This document shows, in pieces, positions 35,840-36,731 of a stretch of DNA of 36,731 bases. A model generated the notes under the pieces. It made no database searches. It was not told where the DNA came from and worked only from the letters and a program-made list of their open reading frames with translations. Source of the stretch: Octopus sinensis (taxonomy: Eukaryota); NCBI RefSeq assembly GCF_006345805.1, contig NW_021828089.1:1-36731 (forward strand). Reading direction: 5' to 3'. The translations under genes and the position numbers were made by a program. Position 1 is the first letter of the stretch, and each line of letters starts with the position of its first letter.

Positions 35840-36731
35840 AGGGCGGCGAGCTGGCAGAATGGTTAGCACGCCGGGCGAAATGCGTAGCCGTATTTCGTCT
35901 GCCGTTAAGTGTTCTGGGTTCAAATTCCGCCGAGGTCGACTTTGCCTTCCATCCTTTCGGGGTCGATAAATTAAGTACCACTTTCGCACTGGGGTCGATG
36001 TAATCGACTTAATCCCTTTGTCTGTCCTTGTTTGTCCCCTCTGTGTTTAGCCCCTTGTGGGTAGTAAAGAAATAGGTATTTCGTCTGCCGTTAAGTGTTC
36101 TGGGTTCAAATTCCGCCGAGGTCGACTTTGCCTTCCATCCTTTCGGGGTCGATAAATTAAGTACCAGTTTCGCACTGGAGTCGATGTAATCGACTTAATC
36201 CCTTTGTCTGTCCTTGTTTGTCCCCTCTGTGTTTAGCCCCTTGTGGGTAGTAAAGAAATAGGTATTTCGTCTGCCTTTAACTGTTCTGGGTTCAAATTCA
36301 GCCGAGGTCGACTTTGCCTTTCATCCTTTCGGGGTCGATAAATTAAGTAGTCCAGTTCGCACTGGGGTCGATGTAATCGACTTAATCCTTTGTCTGTCCT
36401 TGTTTGTCCCCTCTGTGTTTAGCCCCTTGTGGGTAGTAAAGAAATAAGTATTTCGTCTGCCGTTAAGTGTTCTGGGTTCAAATTCCGCCGAGGTCGGACT
36501 TTGCCTTCATCCTTTAGGGTCGAATAACTTAAGTACCAGTTTCGCACTGGGGTCGATGTAATCGACTTAATCCTTTGTCTGTCCTTGTTTGTCCCCTCTA
36601 TGTTTAGCCCCTTGTGGGTAGTAAAGAAATAAGTATTTCGTCTGCCGTTAAGTGTTCTGTGTTCAAATTCCGCAGAGGTCGACTTTGCCTTCCATCCTTT
36701 CGGGGTCGATAAATTAAGTACCAGTTTCGCA
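35840..36731 (+). mobile_element. SINE family A (tRNA head + Meta-like domain): one headed copy followed by headless tandem units of about 186 bp
   Basis: gtatttcgtctgcc starts at 35890, 36076, 36262, 36448 and 36633. Only the first is preceded by ggcggcgagctggcagaatggttagc. Confidence 0.88.

Noticed and set aside
32057-36731. Search for the preceding DCLK exon (DFG...GTPTYVAPE)
   Set aside because: Not found by eye. The region is almost all SINE, so the exon presumably lies beyond the window end.

Overview
Eukaryotic, AT-rich, microsatellite- and retroelement-dense window. The tRNA-derived SINE families and repeat texture look like an octopus (coleoid cephalopod) genome; this is recognition, not a database result. 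The only host gene I can support is the 3' end of a doublecortin-like kinase (DCLK) on the minus strand. Five GT-AG exons (32054-31977, 29665-29575, 25195-25115, 22272-22174, 16228-16145) splice in frame to (G)[143 protein letters not shown]. The ORF track largely misses these exons. The rest is transposon-derived or simple repeat: two decayed copies of one L1/Tx1-type LINE, three CR1-group LINE remnants, an RTE/BovB-like 3' end, at least three SINE families, a head-to-tail non-autonomous Helitron array, a direct-plus-inverted 235-bp repeat (MITE or Penelope-like pLTR), a foldback hairpin and long (AAT)n, (TA)n, (GATA)n, (CT)n and (TATG)n tracts. The main patterns are tandem amplification of six unrelated element types, nested insertions into a (GATA)n tail, inverted SINE clusters inside a DCLK intron, and an apparent 6-nt acceptor shift in the kinase domain. 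I see no clear evidence of a wholly new multi-gene system.
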